Positions 24,685-37,961 are shown, counted from the first letter of the whole stretch. The stretch: 63,952 nucleotides of DNA, filler included, from Diploschistes diacapsis (GCA_023645945.1; 5 parts of 5 records of this genome joined end to end with filler, not necessarily neighbours in it), one strand, 5' to 3'. The notes: generated from the letters alone by a model not told the origin. Translations and numbers: made by a program.

Positions 24685-25590
24685 CACAACTAATGTACGG
24701 GCGAGGGGTTCGGGATGCGGTAACAGTAATGATGTTCTTCACCTCGGCATGTATGTTTACGGCAATCTTCTTCTGACGGATGATTGAGGAGAGAGGGCTA
24801 GGGAACAGGGCTGCGTGAATTACTTACCAGGAGAGCGAAGGTATGGGAATATTGTTATTGTGTCAAGCGCCGCTGATGCATTGTAAGAGGAGGTATATCT
24901 GGTGTCTGGGTACGATGCTGCAAGTGTCTATCTATTAGCATCCCGTACATATTCTCTGCATATGGAGTGGATGCGCATGGCAGAGTGGGCGGTGAATGGG
25001 AAAGAAGCATGGCAGACTGACAGATGCCGAAGCTGGCACCTACATGTTTACCAGTGTCAAATACCTTGCAACGCTAAACGAGTGCATTCGAGTGGTCAGG
25101 TCTATATCCTCGTCCCAGAAAGGAATTGCTACAGCAGCAGCTCTGGGCTGGTTTCTCTCTCTAGCGTTGTCTTGCACAACGAGTAGAAGCCTGATGACGA
25201 GAGGGCACTCTGTTTAAGGTATCTCTAGTCTCTGGTTACAATAGTATTGCGCAGAAGATATAAAATTTTGAAATATACAGCAGCAAGAATCCTGTGACCA
25301 GATCCCTAGATAGGGGTAAATTGATTTAAAAGGACATGGCTTTAACTCCTACCTCCGGTCGCTGCTCCAGCAGCATCGAATCGTCATCCGACATTGAGCA
25401 GCTTGCAACTACATCAACATTGGCCCTCACCGCTTCCAACTTACAGCTCTCTTACCTTCCATCCCACTCTACCGCAGGAACTACACCGTCAGCTAAGCAG
25501 ACGACATCATGTCCTTCCTCTCGCCCATATCCAATCCGGGGCCGTATCACATCCTCACGTAACCCACCTCCTTCTTCCCGCTTCCTATTC

Positions 25591-25690
25591 NNNNNNNNNN
25601 NNNNNNNNNNNNNNNNNNNNNNNNNNNNNNNNNNTTAATTAATTAANNNNNNNNNNNNNNNNNNNNNNNNNNNNNNNNNNNNNNNNNNNN
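25591..25690. other. Artificial contig linker
   Basis: N44-TTAATTAATTAA-N44. Confidence 0.99.
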
Positions 25691-26461
25691 ATATTGGGCA
25701 TGGGGATGGGATGGGGAGAAGTGTGGCTGGGAAGCGAGGGGTGAGGTTGGATATCACGGTGTGCTTGTGGAGCTGAGAGGGATGTAGGAGGAGGCTTGTG
25801 CGCGGTAGGAAAAGGGGGAGGGAGGACGTTGAGTCAATACTGGGATATGAGAATCTTGATATGATAGGATGGATATAGTACATTATTTGATCTCTAATTT
25901 TATATAAGTTCTTGCAACTCGTTTCTTCATATTTCCCTCGAGTGTCTCCACGAACCTGGTTTCTTTTATATATACATAGTACTTACAACATCCTCATGTT
26001 GCTAAGGAAGCAATCAGCAGGAGGGCCAAATGCATTAGCCACCAGAGGACTCCTGAAAAGAAAAGACGAGCTCCGATGTGAGAGTGCCTAGCTTGCAGTT
26101 GCACGCTAGGATTGTCAAAGCAGTGCTCTGACCTCACCTTCGCCATTGCAAGGTCAGCGCGGGCTTTCATCTTTCCAATACTGAGACCGAGCTCATAGCA
26201 GTAGTTCCTCGCCAGGCTCGTCGGGACTCCCCGTCCGCTCCTTCCTGCAGCGCTCGCTCCATCCCTCGGTGTACGACACGGGGACTTTTGTGGGAACAGA
26301 GGTTATGGGCTGCTCTGCGGAACGGTACTGCCTGAAGCGCTCGCTCGCTGCATCCATATTCTTGCTGATGAACTGCATCCTGGCCGCCTCGAGCTCCGCC
26401 GCGTTCGGCATTGGAAGGTTGTCCAGTGACAACGACATTCTTGGCACGAGCGAGGGCATAT

Positions 26462-28390
26462 CTAAACTTCTCCGTAAGTTTGCTCTCCCGATAGTTCAAA
26501 CGAGGCTTTGGGCGTGGGAGCCGGTGCGGGTGAAAAGAGTTCTGGGGGGTTCGGCGCGCTGCATGGTGATTCGCCGAATCCGGACTGCCAATCTTTCCAG
26601 GGCAACTGAAAGAGGTTGAAGTTTGTTTCTTGGACGATCCACTCACTGTTCGTCTCATGCTGGAAGCGACCAAGGTAGAGTCTGCCTCGGCCGAAATCGT
26701 CGGAAAAGTCAAGCGTGACGTCGGAGAAGCGAGAGCTCTCGGGGATCTGATCGCATGTAATATCCGGTCCGGCGGAGGTCACGCATGCCTCTTCAAGAGC
26801 GACAATCTGCATCGCAAACTGCCCAATCGCAAAACCATCCCACATACCTTCGCGCCGGCGCGAGCGAAGAAGTAGATCGACTGCCTTGTGTCTCGTGACG
26901 CTATCTCTACATTTGAGGGCGACATAGTATAGAGGTCCATGGGTTGCCATGTCCTGCAAGAGATGATCAACCAACGGCGGGAAGATGTCAGGATATGGAG
27001 GTAGGACGTTACATACAATGCTGAAGTTAGGGATTGAACTCTCTCCATCTTCTAATGCTTCGGCAAGCTCCACTACCTCTTTGAATTCGTCAAGGTGCTG
27101 ATCGAAAAATGTCTGTCTTGTCGATAAACATTCCTTGAGTACCATGATCAATATCAAATAATCCATGCGAGCGAGTTTGACATCTCGGTGCTCTTCAGGA
27201 GTAAAGGTCTGGATATTCTTGGCGGTTAGTCTATCGAAAGCTTTCTTCCAAGCGGTGAATCTGCTTTCCAAATCGTCTTGTCGCACTGGTAACCGCGCAT
27301 CCATATCCTCGAACTTGGGTTCCTGGTAATTGATGTGAGCCCACCGAGCCCGGAGTCTCTTACTCCTATCCGCGGGACGGCCGGCCGGGCATGCTCGATC
27401 GTGTACGACGTGACCGCGGAATGCAAACGCTGCGCTTACTAGAGTATCCATATAATGCCGAGCTTCCTGTAGTCCTGCGAAGCTGGGTGGCACCCACAGG
27501 GGGTCCTTTGTTTTGTTAGACGAAGGAACAACCAAGAGTTGTGGGAGACTTTCGCCGAACATGGTGGATTGGTAGTCGAGGCGGCCGAAGATGCCAAGGA
27601 AATGATCTACAACAGACTCGGCATTATCGGCCATCCTCACCACGCTCATGGTGATCCCTTCCCCGAGACCTCCCCTGGATTTCTCGCGCAGTATCTTCAG
27701 GCCGGAGCGGAGGTGATGGACAGCCACCATGATGTCGCTCTGGATCAATTCCAGGCAGATGAAGAGGAAGCAGCTAATCAGAGCAATCTCCGCTCGCTGC
27801 GGGTCCCCCTGATCTGAGAGCCGGTCCCTGAGCAATCGCATGGCCTTGATGTACTGCCGCTGGGCAATGGTCTTCTGGAGCTCAACGTCTGATGGCGTCA
27901 AGGTCGGCCATCGATCGCTCTCGAAATTCCGATGGATGGAGCCAACGGCGATGGCGGCACTCAATACCGATGGCTCACTCTGGCTGATCTGCAGCATGAG
28001 TTGCTCCCAAGGGACAAGCCGATTGATGCCTGGCAATACTCGCAGGGTTTTGGTTCGAAAGTACTCAAAATTGATAGCCTCGACGCCGTTCAAATCGAGC
28101 TTCGCAAGTATCCCAGTGGGCACGGTACGGCCTGGACGAGGTGCTATAATCAGCGCGCGGCTTTGATCGTTTCGTGACGCCGATAGTTCATATCCACCGC
28201 ATACCCGTCCTGTCGAGCTGCAACGCATACATGAAGGACGTGCTTCGTCACATTTGACGCGCCGCAACTCTGTTCAACATTAACTGCCTGTATCGTTGAA
28301 GCGTTTGGAATGTCGCTCACTGCAGGTTCGACAACCGGTCCGTACCTTGGGCTTTTTCTGCCGCTGTCGCTTGCAGTCATTATCGTCCAT
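26462..28390 (-). CDS. Zn(II)2Cys6 transcription factor with fungal TF middle domain
   Basis: Spliced MDDNDCKRQRQKKPKVRTGCRTC / KLRRVKCDEARPSCMRCSSTGRVCGGY; EPSVLSAAIAVG; KCRD..RREGMWD; an in-frame intron near 26955-27015. Confidence 0.92.
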
Positions 28391-29429
28391 GGCTGCGGGA
28401 TTGATATTGATGCCTATGCTCGCACGCGCTATCCGAAGCATATGAGCCAAGGTCCATACTTATGTTTTGAGTCGTTCAATCGAAGTCTTGTCGAGATGTT
28501 GATTGATCAGCTCAATGTCTTGGCTAGCGGTTTGACCAAGCATAGCCCATCAGTAGTACGCAATGTTTGGCATATCCATTATGAGCTCCCTGATCGATAT
28601 TACGCTTGATATTCACTCCAGTGTACTCAGCTCAGTATGTGACTAGGCCGTAGAAAAGCCTAGCCAGATTGTAATGTCAAGCAGAGGGCTTAAAGTACTG
28701 TATGGTACAAACGTTGGGAGGTCGGAGCCGGCAAACATGTCCGGGGTCGGCGCCGCCGTCCAAAGGCTTTTTGGATTAGTGAGAATAGTTCTCAGCTGTA
28801 TTCACTGCTAATCAAAGGCTCATTGCTAGTGATTGGAAACGGAAATTGTAGATGTTGACGCTGACGAACCCAGGGAGGCGCAGTCACACCTGAACAAACA
28901 ATAGCTTCTGAAGTCATTGCGTCGTGATGTGTATCTTAATTTGAATAATCATACGCTTCGATAGATCTTTAATTTATCGCACTGCCTCCAACTCCTTTTA
29001 TAGATTTCGGTGCTTGCAACGGCGCTTTCAGAATACTGCTGGTACGGTATCATGCTGTACGAGTACACGCAACCGTGAGGCTTTGGGGCTCATTGGACGC
29101 CATGAAACTATCCCAACTGCTGCCAGAGCATTCGAACACCTGAATAACTGCATTGGATTTAAACTTTTATTGGGGCCCAACAGGTGGACAGCGCTGTATT
29201 GTCAATGAACCGAGGGCAGCACGAACACTCAGTCTCCTTGCTACTCCTCCATGTAGTACTCCAGTAGTGGCTCAGACGGCCACGCAACGGCGGCACCACA
29301 CTCGCGAAGCTTTGGTCCTTCCTGCAGATGTAGCAGTGACAATGGACGATGAAGATGCCTCGCCGCCTATCGAACCGACCAACATGATACGGGACCTCAT
29401 CATCTGAAGCGTGACGATTGTGCTGTTCT

Positions 29430-29960
29430 TGCGAATAGCCACTTTCAGGAAGCTTGACGTCAATCCCATCCTCACTCTAGGATCTTTTCTCTAGTCTTGA
29501 TCCTTCTTCTTCGCCATTAAGAAGATCGATAACTTCCGGAAGCTTTTCGAAAAGTCTGGAACCTTCCATGAGCTCTTCTAGCTTCTCGCTAAATTCTCCC
29601 TCCACCATTCGTCGTCGCTCTTCTTGTCAAAGTCTCCGCTATGTTCCACATGGTGTCCACTAACAAGGTGCCCCATTGGAAATGCTTGCTAGCCTCATGG
29701 CCTACGGTACCGGAAGAAAGGCAGACCGTCTTCCCAATCTTCCAGCACGTCTCTAATCCACTTTTCTTAGCTGTGAAGCTTGCTGATTCGGACTACCTTT
29801 GTAGATGCGATCAATACAGCGTTCCACTTCTTCAATCACGTCGAAGGCCAGTTCACATTAATGAGAGCCCTTTAGCTTGTTCCATTTGCATTTGATTTCC
29901 CTCCACACTTCGTTGGAGAGATGGTCGAGATTAACGACGGCTGCCGTTTGCGCTGTGTAC
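29430..29960 (-). pseudogene. Possible degraded coding relic of unknown family
   Basis: Protein-like stretches (VVNLDHLSNEVWREIKCKW, ELAFDVIEEVERCIDRIY, KWIRDVLEDWEDG, LEELMEGSRLFEKLPEVIDLL) in shifting frames with stops. Confidence 0.3.
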
Positions 29961-30129
29961 AGCTTATCATGCTCCTCCTTGATCAAGTCAATAAAACCAA
30001 GAATTTCTTTGGTAATTTGGTAACAGCAGTTACACAGTCGAACCTCGATGTAGTCGTCGGTCGATGTTGCGCGCTGACGCTTCGCCCGTAGGCTGGTTCA
30101 TGGTGTTATGCTGGGGGCAAAGCCCAGTT

Positions 30130-30345
30130 TTGATTATTTACTAAAGATCCCGTAAATAGCGAGGGGAAAATCCAAAAATATTAAAGAATTTTTTGATAAT
30201 ACTGCATAAATATCGCATAAATATCGCATAAGTATTATACAAATATTTAATAAATAATCGGCTCGCTTAATTGTCCGGTTAATTGCCTATTAATTTACCA
30301 ATTTAATTGATTAATGATTAACGTTCATTAATCGTCCAAACATGG
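30130..30345 (-). repeat. Second copy of the AT-rich dispersed repeat seen at 7668-7947
   Basis: 19/19 terminal match, 13/13 internal match, and colinear ATTAACCG, ATACTTAT, ATTTATGCA, ATTTACGG.ATC blocks. Confidence 0.7.
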
Positions 30346-31353
30346 GAGCAAGCAGACGCGTCGCTCCTGTAATTGGCGTGGATTTAATGGGCTCATTTCC
30401 ACCGAAGCTCCACTCCCTAGTGTCGGAACCAATCCGAGCCAATCATTTCCCGCTGCAAATGCCACCCAGCCACCCAACTGAGCAAGCAAGTGACCACAGA
30501 CCAAAAGCTCACGGCCTATATGACTCATTTTCCCCAAATCAACAACTGGCCTTTTGCCTATAAATCCCTGGCCACCCCCCCATCCATTCATTCTTTTTTT
30601 CTTCATACTTACCTTCTTGCAATATCCCAGATCAAAAAGTGGGATCATTACAAGACGAGTCCTTCATTGCACATCGAGGCGACAAGTCTTGTCGAGTGTC
30701 CTTCGGGGCCCTCGGCGGGGGAATTTTTGATGGTCTTCTCTTCCAGAGATGTCTTTTCATTGACGATAGAGCCTTGAGTTCTTCTTCAAGGGAAATTCTG
30801 CAAGTAGAGAGCGTTGCATCGGCTGGGCAGAGATCCCCTAAATCTTAGGCTCGCTTGTTGAATGGCATTACCGTTCTGCATACTGTGTGTATCCTTGTGA
30901 ACTTCATATGCTGCCTGTTTGTAAGCTTATAGAAGGGGGAGGCCTAAGTGGAATGTGGTACTAGAAGTATATGGAGATGATGCTAACTGGTCTGCCCATG
31001 ATACTCCGAGACACGTGCGACTGTAGATACTCCAAGCACGCTATACCGCGCAGAAAAACACTTTACCTATCCCAGCGCGCCCGCAATAAAAGGCATCATC
31101 AAGGCTTTTTCAAATGATGGTTTACAGAGACACCTTATACCCTGAGTTGAGACGCAAGATCTACCGAGTCCTTGGACCTCAACAATCCTAGCCGACGTGA
31201 GCCGTAAGCCGTCTCACCAGAGATTCAAGACTCCATCTCGAGCCACAACATCCTTTCCCCACCTCATCTCAAACCGCCTCTTTTCATCTTTAATCCAGAA
31301 TATCGAGAAACCTCCCTCCCCCCCCCTTTCAAGCGCACCAAACCCGTCTCGAC

Positions 31354-32112
31354 ATGCCCTCGCAACCACCGGCCGACGAGCCCATGCCCGACGCTCAGGC
31401 CCAGCCAGACGGCGCCGCCGCAGACGCAGACAACCAGCCGCAGGGCATGCGCGAGCTGCGACTGCAAGCCGTACGTACCAGGACCCCCCCCTTCCCCCCG
31501 GCGCTTTCACCAGCCATCCCGAATCCATCAAGTGGCCCCGTCTGACGGAAAGCCTGCAAGCTCCCCGGCGCGACCGACACGGCCGCCTCCTTCGAGTTCC
31601 TGAACGAGGACCACACGATGGGCAACGCGCTGCGGTACATGATTATGAAGAAGTATGTCGAAAAGTCAAGTCCCCCACATTGTCTTTGTAGTGTATGCAT
31701 TGTGCGTTGCGATTAGGGGAAATTATGGCGGGGGGGAAGGAAGTGGGCTGACGTGCGGGCGCTGCTGCTGCTGCGGCGGCGGCGTGTGCTAGTCCGGAGG
31801 TCGAGTTCTGCGGATACTCGATACCGCATCCGGCGGAGGCCAAGATGAATGTTAGGATACAGACGTATGGTGAGTTTTGCTGGGCGCGGATGGGCTGAGC
31901 CCGGCATTGTTGGTGGCCGCTACGTGCTCCGAAATGGGGCAGCGCCTGTTCGTGCTTCGCGTGAGAGGGGGCTAATGCGGCTGGCAGAGGGCACGACGGT
32001 ATGGGACGCGCTGGCTAAGGGAATGGACGATCTGATGGACCTGTGCAATGTGGTGGAGGAGAAATTCGTTCAGGCTAGGAACGACTTTGAGCAGGATAGG
32101 ATGCAGAGTTGA
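31354..32112 (+). CDS. RPC19: RNA polymerase I/III subunit AC19, 4 exons
   Basis: [23 protein letters not shown] / [25 protein letters not shown] / [20 protein letters not shown]. Confidence 0.95.
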
Positions 32113-32336
32113 GGCATGCTGCAATCTGGTCGGGAGGGCAAGTGGCTGTCTGGTAGAAGTAACGGCCTTCTGAATTATGGTTCTGCAATTACGGCATTCA
32201 ATGGAAGAGATAGGTGCATTGGGTGGCGTTAAATGAGCATGCACAGCAGTGCACTAAAGGGACAAAAGCGATTAGAAAGGATATTGAGATGACTATACAC
32301 AGATGCTATGGCATGAACGCTTCAGGTAAAGATAAT

Positions 32337-33028
32337 TTAATTCCGGCCCTGGTCGATTAGTTTTGATGATTTTATGAGCAAGGGATATAGCTCGACTGAC
32401 CTCCAAAAACCCAGCAACGAAGCCATTAGGCAACCTAGTCTGCTCTGGGTCTTCCTCCGCTCTAAAGTACTTCATGACATGTGACAGCTGTTTCCAGTAG
32501 TTGAGAGTTTCCTGTCGCGAGAGACGCATCAGCCTTTACTCATTCTATAATTTTTGCAGTTTCCAAAGCCTCCCTGTTCTTATGTCGTCTCCCCCCCCCG
32601 TTCTTCCCCCTCACTGCTGCCGTCGCAAGGACATATCGTACCTGAAACTCCACATCACTCTGGAATATCAACATATCCACGACTGGCAGCTGACTGACAT
32701 ATCTGTGCCGCTCGAACTCCTGCCTCATCTTCGTCCGCAGCTCGGCGACGGGCTTGTTGAGGGAGTACATGGTTTGGATCTCAGGTGCCTGCCATATCCA
32801 ATCGTAAGCGAGATAGCCCTCATGCTGGTATGGCTGGTCCGAGTAGTCGTGATATAGAGGGGAAGAGCCATACTGATCGTAGCCATTGCCGGTAGGAAGC
32901 CTTGACTCTTTGCTGGGCGATCGCCCACGACCCCGCTGCCTTTGTTAGCCATCGCATGAATGCGGCGGAAGAAGCCATCACATACATGTTCGCGACGTCT
33001 TCGCCAGATACGTCGCGTTGATTACCAT
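32337..33028 (-). CDS. NDUFA6: Complex I accessory subunit NDUFA6 (B14 / 14.8 kDa, LYR family), 5 exons
   Basis: MVINATYLAKTSRT / SGSWAIAQQRVKASYRQWLRS / APEIQTMYSL..RTKMRQEFERHRYV / ETLNYWKQLSHVMKYF..FLE / GRN*. Confidence 0.93.
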
Positions 33029-33313
33029 GGCTGCCCCAATTGTTGTGTTAGGTTCAAGCGGTGTTGGAGTAGGTTGGGAGGTACTTCGGAGTTTACGCCG
33101 GAGCAAGTGGTGCGGGTGCAGGGCTGAAATGGGGATGAGGATGCTGTCACGGCGGGGAGTTAAAAGAAATTCGGGCTGAAGCTGGGGATAGTTTCTACAC
33201 ATGCGACAAATTTCTTTTACATCTACAACTACAACTAGTTATTGAAAACCTATCGAAACCCTTATCAGGCACACGCAATCTCAAGAAAACTTCAACATTC
33301 GAAAACATCCAAG

Positions 33314-33869
33314 ATGCCGGCCGTGCGCTCTGCCCGAAACCGCAAACCGCCTCCAGATGGCTTTGACGATATCGAGGATACGCTACTGGAGTTTGCGAAC
33401 AAGATGAAGGATGCGGAAAATGCACCTCATGAAGGGAAGAGGAAGCAGGAGGTGTTGTGGCCGATCTTCCAGATCAGCCATCAACGTAATTGTCCATACT
33501 TTCCCTTCGCAGCTGAAATATAGCCTAATGTGTTTTTCACAGGGTCGCGGTACATCTACGAGCTGTACTACAAGAAAGAGGCAATATCGAAACAGTTGTA
33601 CGATTGGCTGCTGAAGAATGGTTATGCCGACGGCAACCTGATAGCAAAGTGGAAGAAACAAGGATACGAGAAGGTATGAGAGCCATCTCCATGTACGTCG
33701 GAGGAACTCGCTAATGGAAATTCAGCTGTGTTGCCTACGTTGTATACAGACAAAGGAGACAAATTTCAACGCGACATGTATTTGCCGGGTTCCGAACGAT
33801 TCTTTGAAAGAGGAGCAATCGATACAGTGTGTCAGCTGTGGCTGTCGAGGCTGCGCTTCTGCGGATTGA
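33314..33869 (+). CDS. BUD31: Splicing factor BUD31/Cwc14 (G10 protein), 3 exons
   Basis: [22 protein letters not shown] / [22 protein letters not shown] / [25 protein letters not shown]. Confidence 0.96.
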
Positions 33870-33998
33870 GCAACATTTTAAAAAAGGGATGGCCTTGGAG
33901 TAGCGCAGAAAGTCTGCTGTTCGAGCTTTTCTAGAATTTTACGACCTTATGAAAACCAGATAACAGATCATTCAGATACCCTAGAAGCTAATCATCAT

Positions 33999-34609
33999 TT
34001 AACCGAACTCTGCGTCCGAGCTACCATTTTCAAAGATCGTTGTTGACAAGAGTCCCTTCTTCGGTGCTGGACTCAGCGGGCTTTTTCCGCCTCGGGTTCC
34101 ATCTGAGTGCTCGGCTGCTGGAACTCTATCGAAACGCGTTTGCCAGCCTTCAAGGACTAGTGCTTCCTTCGCCTTTACTGCTTGCCTTTGCTTTCGCTCC
34201 GCCCGGTAGGAGGCTGCAGTTCTCCCCACTGGTTCATCGAGTACTGCATCGAGTCCCAGGGTTATAACGAAGAGTCTAGTGGAGTAATGCAAGCAAATTC
34301 CCGCTATGCAGCCGACAATGCACGCCACGCCGAAAAAGATATAGAGCGTCTGCGATGATGAGCAGAGAGGACGAAGAAACATAGCCGATGCAAGAACCGT
34401 ACCTCAAACCGGCTAAGGAATTGAACAGGTGCATAACATAGCCGGGCCAGAGAATGCCCGATATAAAGGAACGGTGCCGAGATTGTCAGAAAGATGCTCA
34501 AGACACTCCGTAAGATCCAAGAGAGTGGAACCCAGAGTAGTTGTAAGATCAAGAACACTGTTAGGCCAATGTATTTGAGAGCTTCCCAGACATGGGACCA
34601 CCAGCTCAT
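33999..34609 (-). CDS. Small hypothetical membrane protein, 2 exons
   Basis: Hydrophobic exon 1 ending RFE, intron GTACGG..CAG, then TLYIFFGVACIVG and a C-terminal LLSTTIFE motif. Confidence 0.75.
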
Positions 34610-35354
34610 CGGTGCTGAAGATAGAGAGCTATTTGTCCAGCTATGTGAAATCCTATGACTTCTAGCAGCTCACACAAAGATAGGCAAATTGTGCTCGGCG
34701 ATGAGGATGCAAATGTCTAGTGCCGGCAATGGTAGCCTCGATGATCCTGTGCGAAGTTGGAAGAGCAAGAGGCCTAAAAACTCGATAGGTTAGTTGAGTT
34801 TGCACCGCCACATCCCTACTATTTTTTCAGTGAGAACTGCATCCACACCACCCTCTGCGTCTCTAGATCACGTGATTGTACTTTCAGAAATTAGATCTCT
34901 TTATCTACTGCTTGGGAATCATAGGCAGCCTACAGTCGCTGTTGAAATGTTAGCGCGCAAGCACCAGTACAAAGCCACTCACCAGCTTAAATCCAAAACC
35001 CAACCAATGCAATCACTTACTAATGTGTGCTAAAAGCAGGAAGTCTAACGTTCCAATAGCTATGGGGGTTGTGTCTGCCCTGAGCGCAGCCTGCCACAAG
35101 GCGACAAGGCTGCACCCACCCATTCTCGGGGCAGATGCTTGAATTTCTGAATCACTTATTAACCCATTCATTTCTCCAAAAGCCTTGCCAGCACAGATAG
35201 TGGGCACAAGTCAATGATCACGCCCAGATAATAAAAAGAGGCTGAACCGCATTTCCTCAGGATCCGAATCCACCGGTCACGCAGAACTGCCTCCGCCCCC
35301 AAGGGTTCCACCGTGTCTTACCATAGCTAATCTGTGGTTCCCCAGGTAGCGAAA

Positions 35355-35845
35355 ATGCGACGCACAGGGACGGGAGAATCGAGCGCGCAGGCGAGGAACC
35401 TCCGTCGGAGAGCCACTGATCCCTTCAAAACGCAACAAATGAAGAAGGAGACGGAGCAAATCGTATTCCAAGGACGTTATGGCGTCTACAATAAGTTGAC
35501 TTGGGAGAAGTTGAAAGGATTTTTGGAGGGAAAGTTCCCGGATTCGACGTTCGATAGATTGCAAGTATGTTCGCATCGTCCCATCGGGGCACCTTGAAAT
35601 TGGTCCTAATAAGTCGGGATACAGATTGGTGACTATTGGATCTTTGAGACTCCTGAGCCCCTTTCAAAGGTATCTACTGGATGGTTGATCCCAGCTTGAG
35701 TGGAGATGCGAAGCACTAAGCAGCGGGGAGTGCTAATATTTTATCTTCTCAGGACGATGAAAAGGAGCTCCAGAAACTGAGAGACAAAGATGCCAAGCGT
35801 GAGCGGAGGCCTTCAGTATCTCCACCCTCGTCGGATGATGAATAG
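35355..35845 (+). CDS. Small hypothetical protein (~115 aa); exons 35355-35564, 35625-35669, 35753-35845
   Basis: Two canonical phase-0 introns (GTAT..CTAAT..CAG) give ..EKLKGFLEGKFPDSTFDRLQ / IGDYWIFETPEPLSK / DDEKELQKLRD..SSDDE*. Confidence 0.75.
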
Positions 35846-36211
35846 CCACCATAGAGGGATCTACTGGGTTGCCTGGGTAATGGTTCACGATGTACAAGTT
35901 GTCGCCTTATCTTGATCGATTGGTATATTAGTTTCTGTGTCTACGGGCGGCCTTATCTTATTATGTGTATTTGGTAGATCTTTTTGCCGCACCGTAAATT
36001 GGGCATTTTCGAAGTGGCGCAAGGTGGCTGGTCAAGCGAATGAGCAGACCCCCTTTGAAGTCTGGCTGTGACCATGAAAAGTGCCCACGTATGAGTTGTT
36101 GTGATTTTGCAACTTGATTTTGGGGCCTGATATAAGATGGATTCCGCATTGCTTTGAAGGTCGTCTCGATCCTAGCTAGGCCAAAAACCACCCACAGTAT
36201 CATTGTGAAGA

Positions 36212-37961
36212 ATGAGCAATTCGAATTTGCCAGTTGAATTTCAAAAATCGTTATTGGATGCCAAATCATGGCCTTCCAATCTGATGCCTAAAAACACTAA
36301 CGTTTATCCAACTACACTCAATACATTCCGATCACGGCTGGACTCCGTCCAGCTTGATCTATTCGAAGAGAATGAAGAAGAGTGGGAGGTTCCGATCCGG
36401 GACTTGCAGCCAGCATCGGGCGAGAAGCTTAAGAAGTATAATGCTCATAGCGAAGACAAATTGAAATCTTGGTTGGGAGTATGTACGACGAACAGTGCAG
36501 CCACTCCAAGTCATCAAGTCGCATCAGTCAAGCAAAGAGATCCGAAATGCCGCTTTATGTGAGTTTCGCCTGTTCACATAAGCCCACAAATTATCCTTGT
36601 TCATGTGAATCCAGATACATATATGGGGAGCACTCCCGAGCTCCTCTGAAAATTAGTCGAGAGATGCTGACATTTCTCATGACTTATCATCAAGTCATGC
36701 CAACGTACCTGGACTTCATGCTGGTGTTTGGTGCCCAGAGTGAGTCACGCGATTTGCGCTTCAGCGGATTTCGTGAGCAAACCATGATATCTGTACCAGC
36801 TCGAGGACTGCCAGTACCAGAGCTTGGGCGAAGTGGTCGTCAGTATCAGCTTTGTTACAACCTGAAGTCCGTAACGCTCAAAACCGAGGATACTGCCGAC
36901 CTCGCGTTGAATGAGTGGTCGATACGTCAAGCAGCTATACATCATCAATTTGATGTGGAGGAAGGCACAACATTGTGGGTTGTCACCAAGGGTCACACGG
37001 ATCTATTGGAACGTTTCAAGGAGCTTACCGGCAAAGGCGGGAGGTCGGAGGATCGAACTTTTACCTCAACGCAAGATTGTTTCCGATCGAGTTTGGCAGT
37101 GCACCTGATGTACTGTGCTTGGTCAACTGAATCCTGGCGGTGGTACATTCAGTGGCTTGAAAGCATTATAGAAGCTCGCACGGCGATGGCGTTATACTGG
37201 CCGCAAGACCCTCGCCATGGATACTACCTATATGAACCGCAACACATTCAGAACCTTCAGAGGTGGGCAGACAAGGCCAATGAAGTCATCATGGTTCTGG
37301 AATCTAACGCCGATGTAATGACCTCGTTACGTCTCTATTACGAAGGCCTGAAAGACAATGCAGGGTTCACCTTGAAAAGCCAGTGCAGCGGCGACATCAG
37401 CTCGTTCTCGGCCCGAGTAGAAGACATTGTTTATGACTTCAAAATGCAGATTTCAAGAGCCAAACTTTTGGTGAAGATTATTGGAGATAGGAAAGAACTG
37501 GTAAGCAGATGCACATCACATACATACCTCTGTTAACGTAAGACCAGGTACTGCAACACCTTCAGAGTCAAGCATCAGAACGCATGGAGACGGTGAGCAA
37601 TAATATGGCTAGGGAAGCAATCGTTATGAGGATCGTCACGATTGTAACGCTCATATACCTTCCGGCTACTTTCGTGTCAACTTTCTTCAGCACTGACATT
37701 GTCAAGTATCAAGACCAAAATGGTGGGTCACCTGGCAGCGGAACATACTCGCAGGTAGCCATGATGAGATGGCTACAAGTTACCCTGCCGTTGACAGCGC
37801 TCACCTTGACCATTGCTTGGCTGGCTTTCAGGTTCGCAGATGAGAGCATAGCGAGGAAGTTACCTGCGAAGTTGATTCAGAAAATACCTCGGCCACCAAG
37901 GCTGCCGCAAATGGGAAAGCAGCGCAAAGATTCCGTACTTCCATTGCATAAAAAAGGTTAG
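36212..37961 (+). CDS. Fungal CorA-like membrane protein; exons 36212-36558, 36615-37500, 37548-37961
   Basis: LMTYHQVMPTYLDFMLVFG, YNLKSV, WSIRQAAIHHQFD, long helices, two C-terminal TM segments with MRIVTIVTLIYLPATFVSTFFSTDIV. Confidence 0.85.

Noticed and set aside
25336..25590. Open frames running into the contig end
   Set aside because: Low-complexity and truncated; cannot be assigned.
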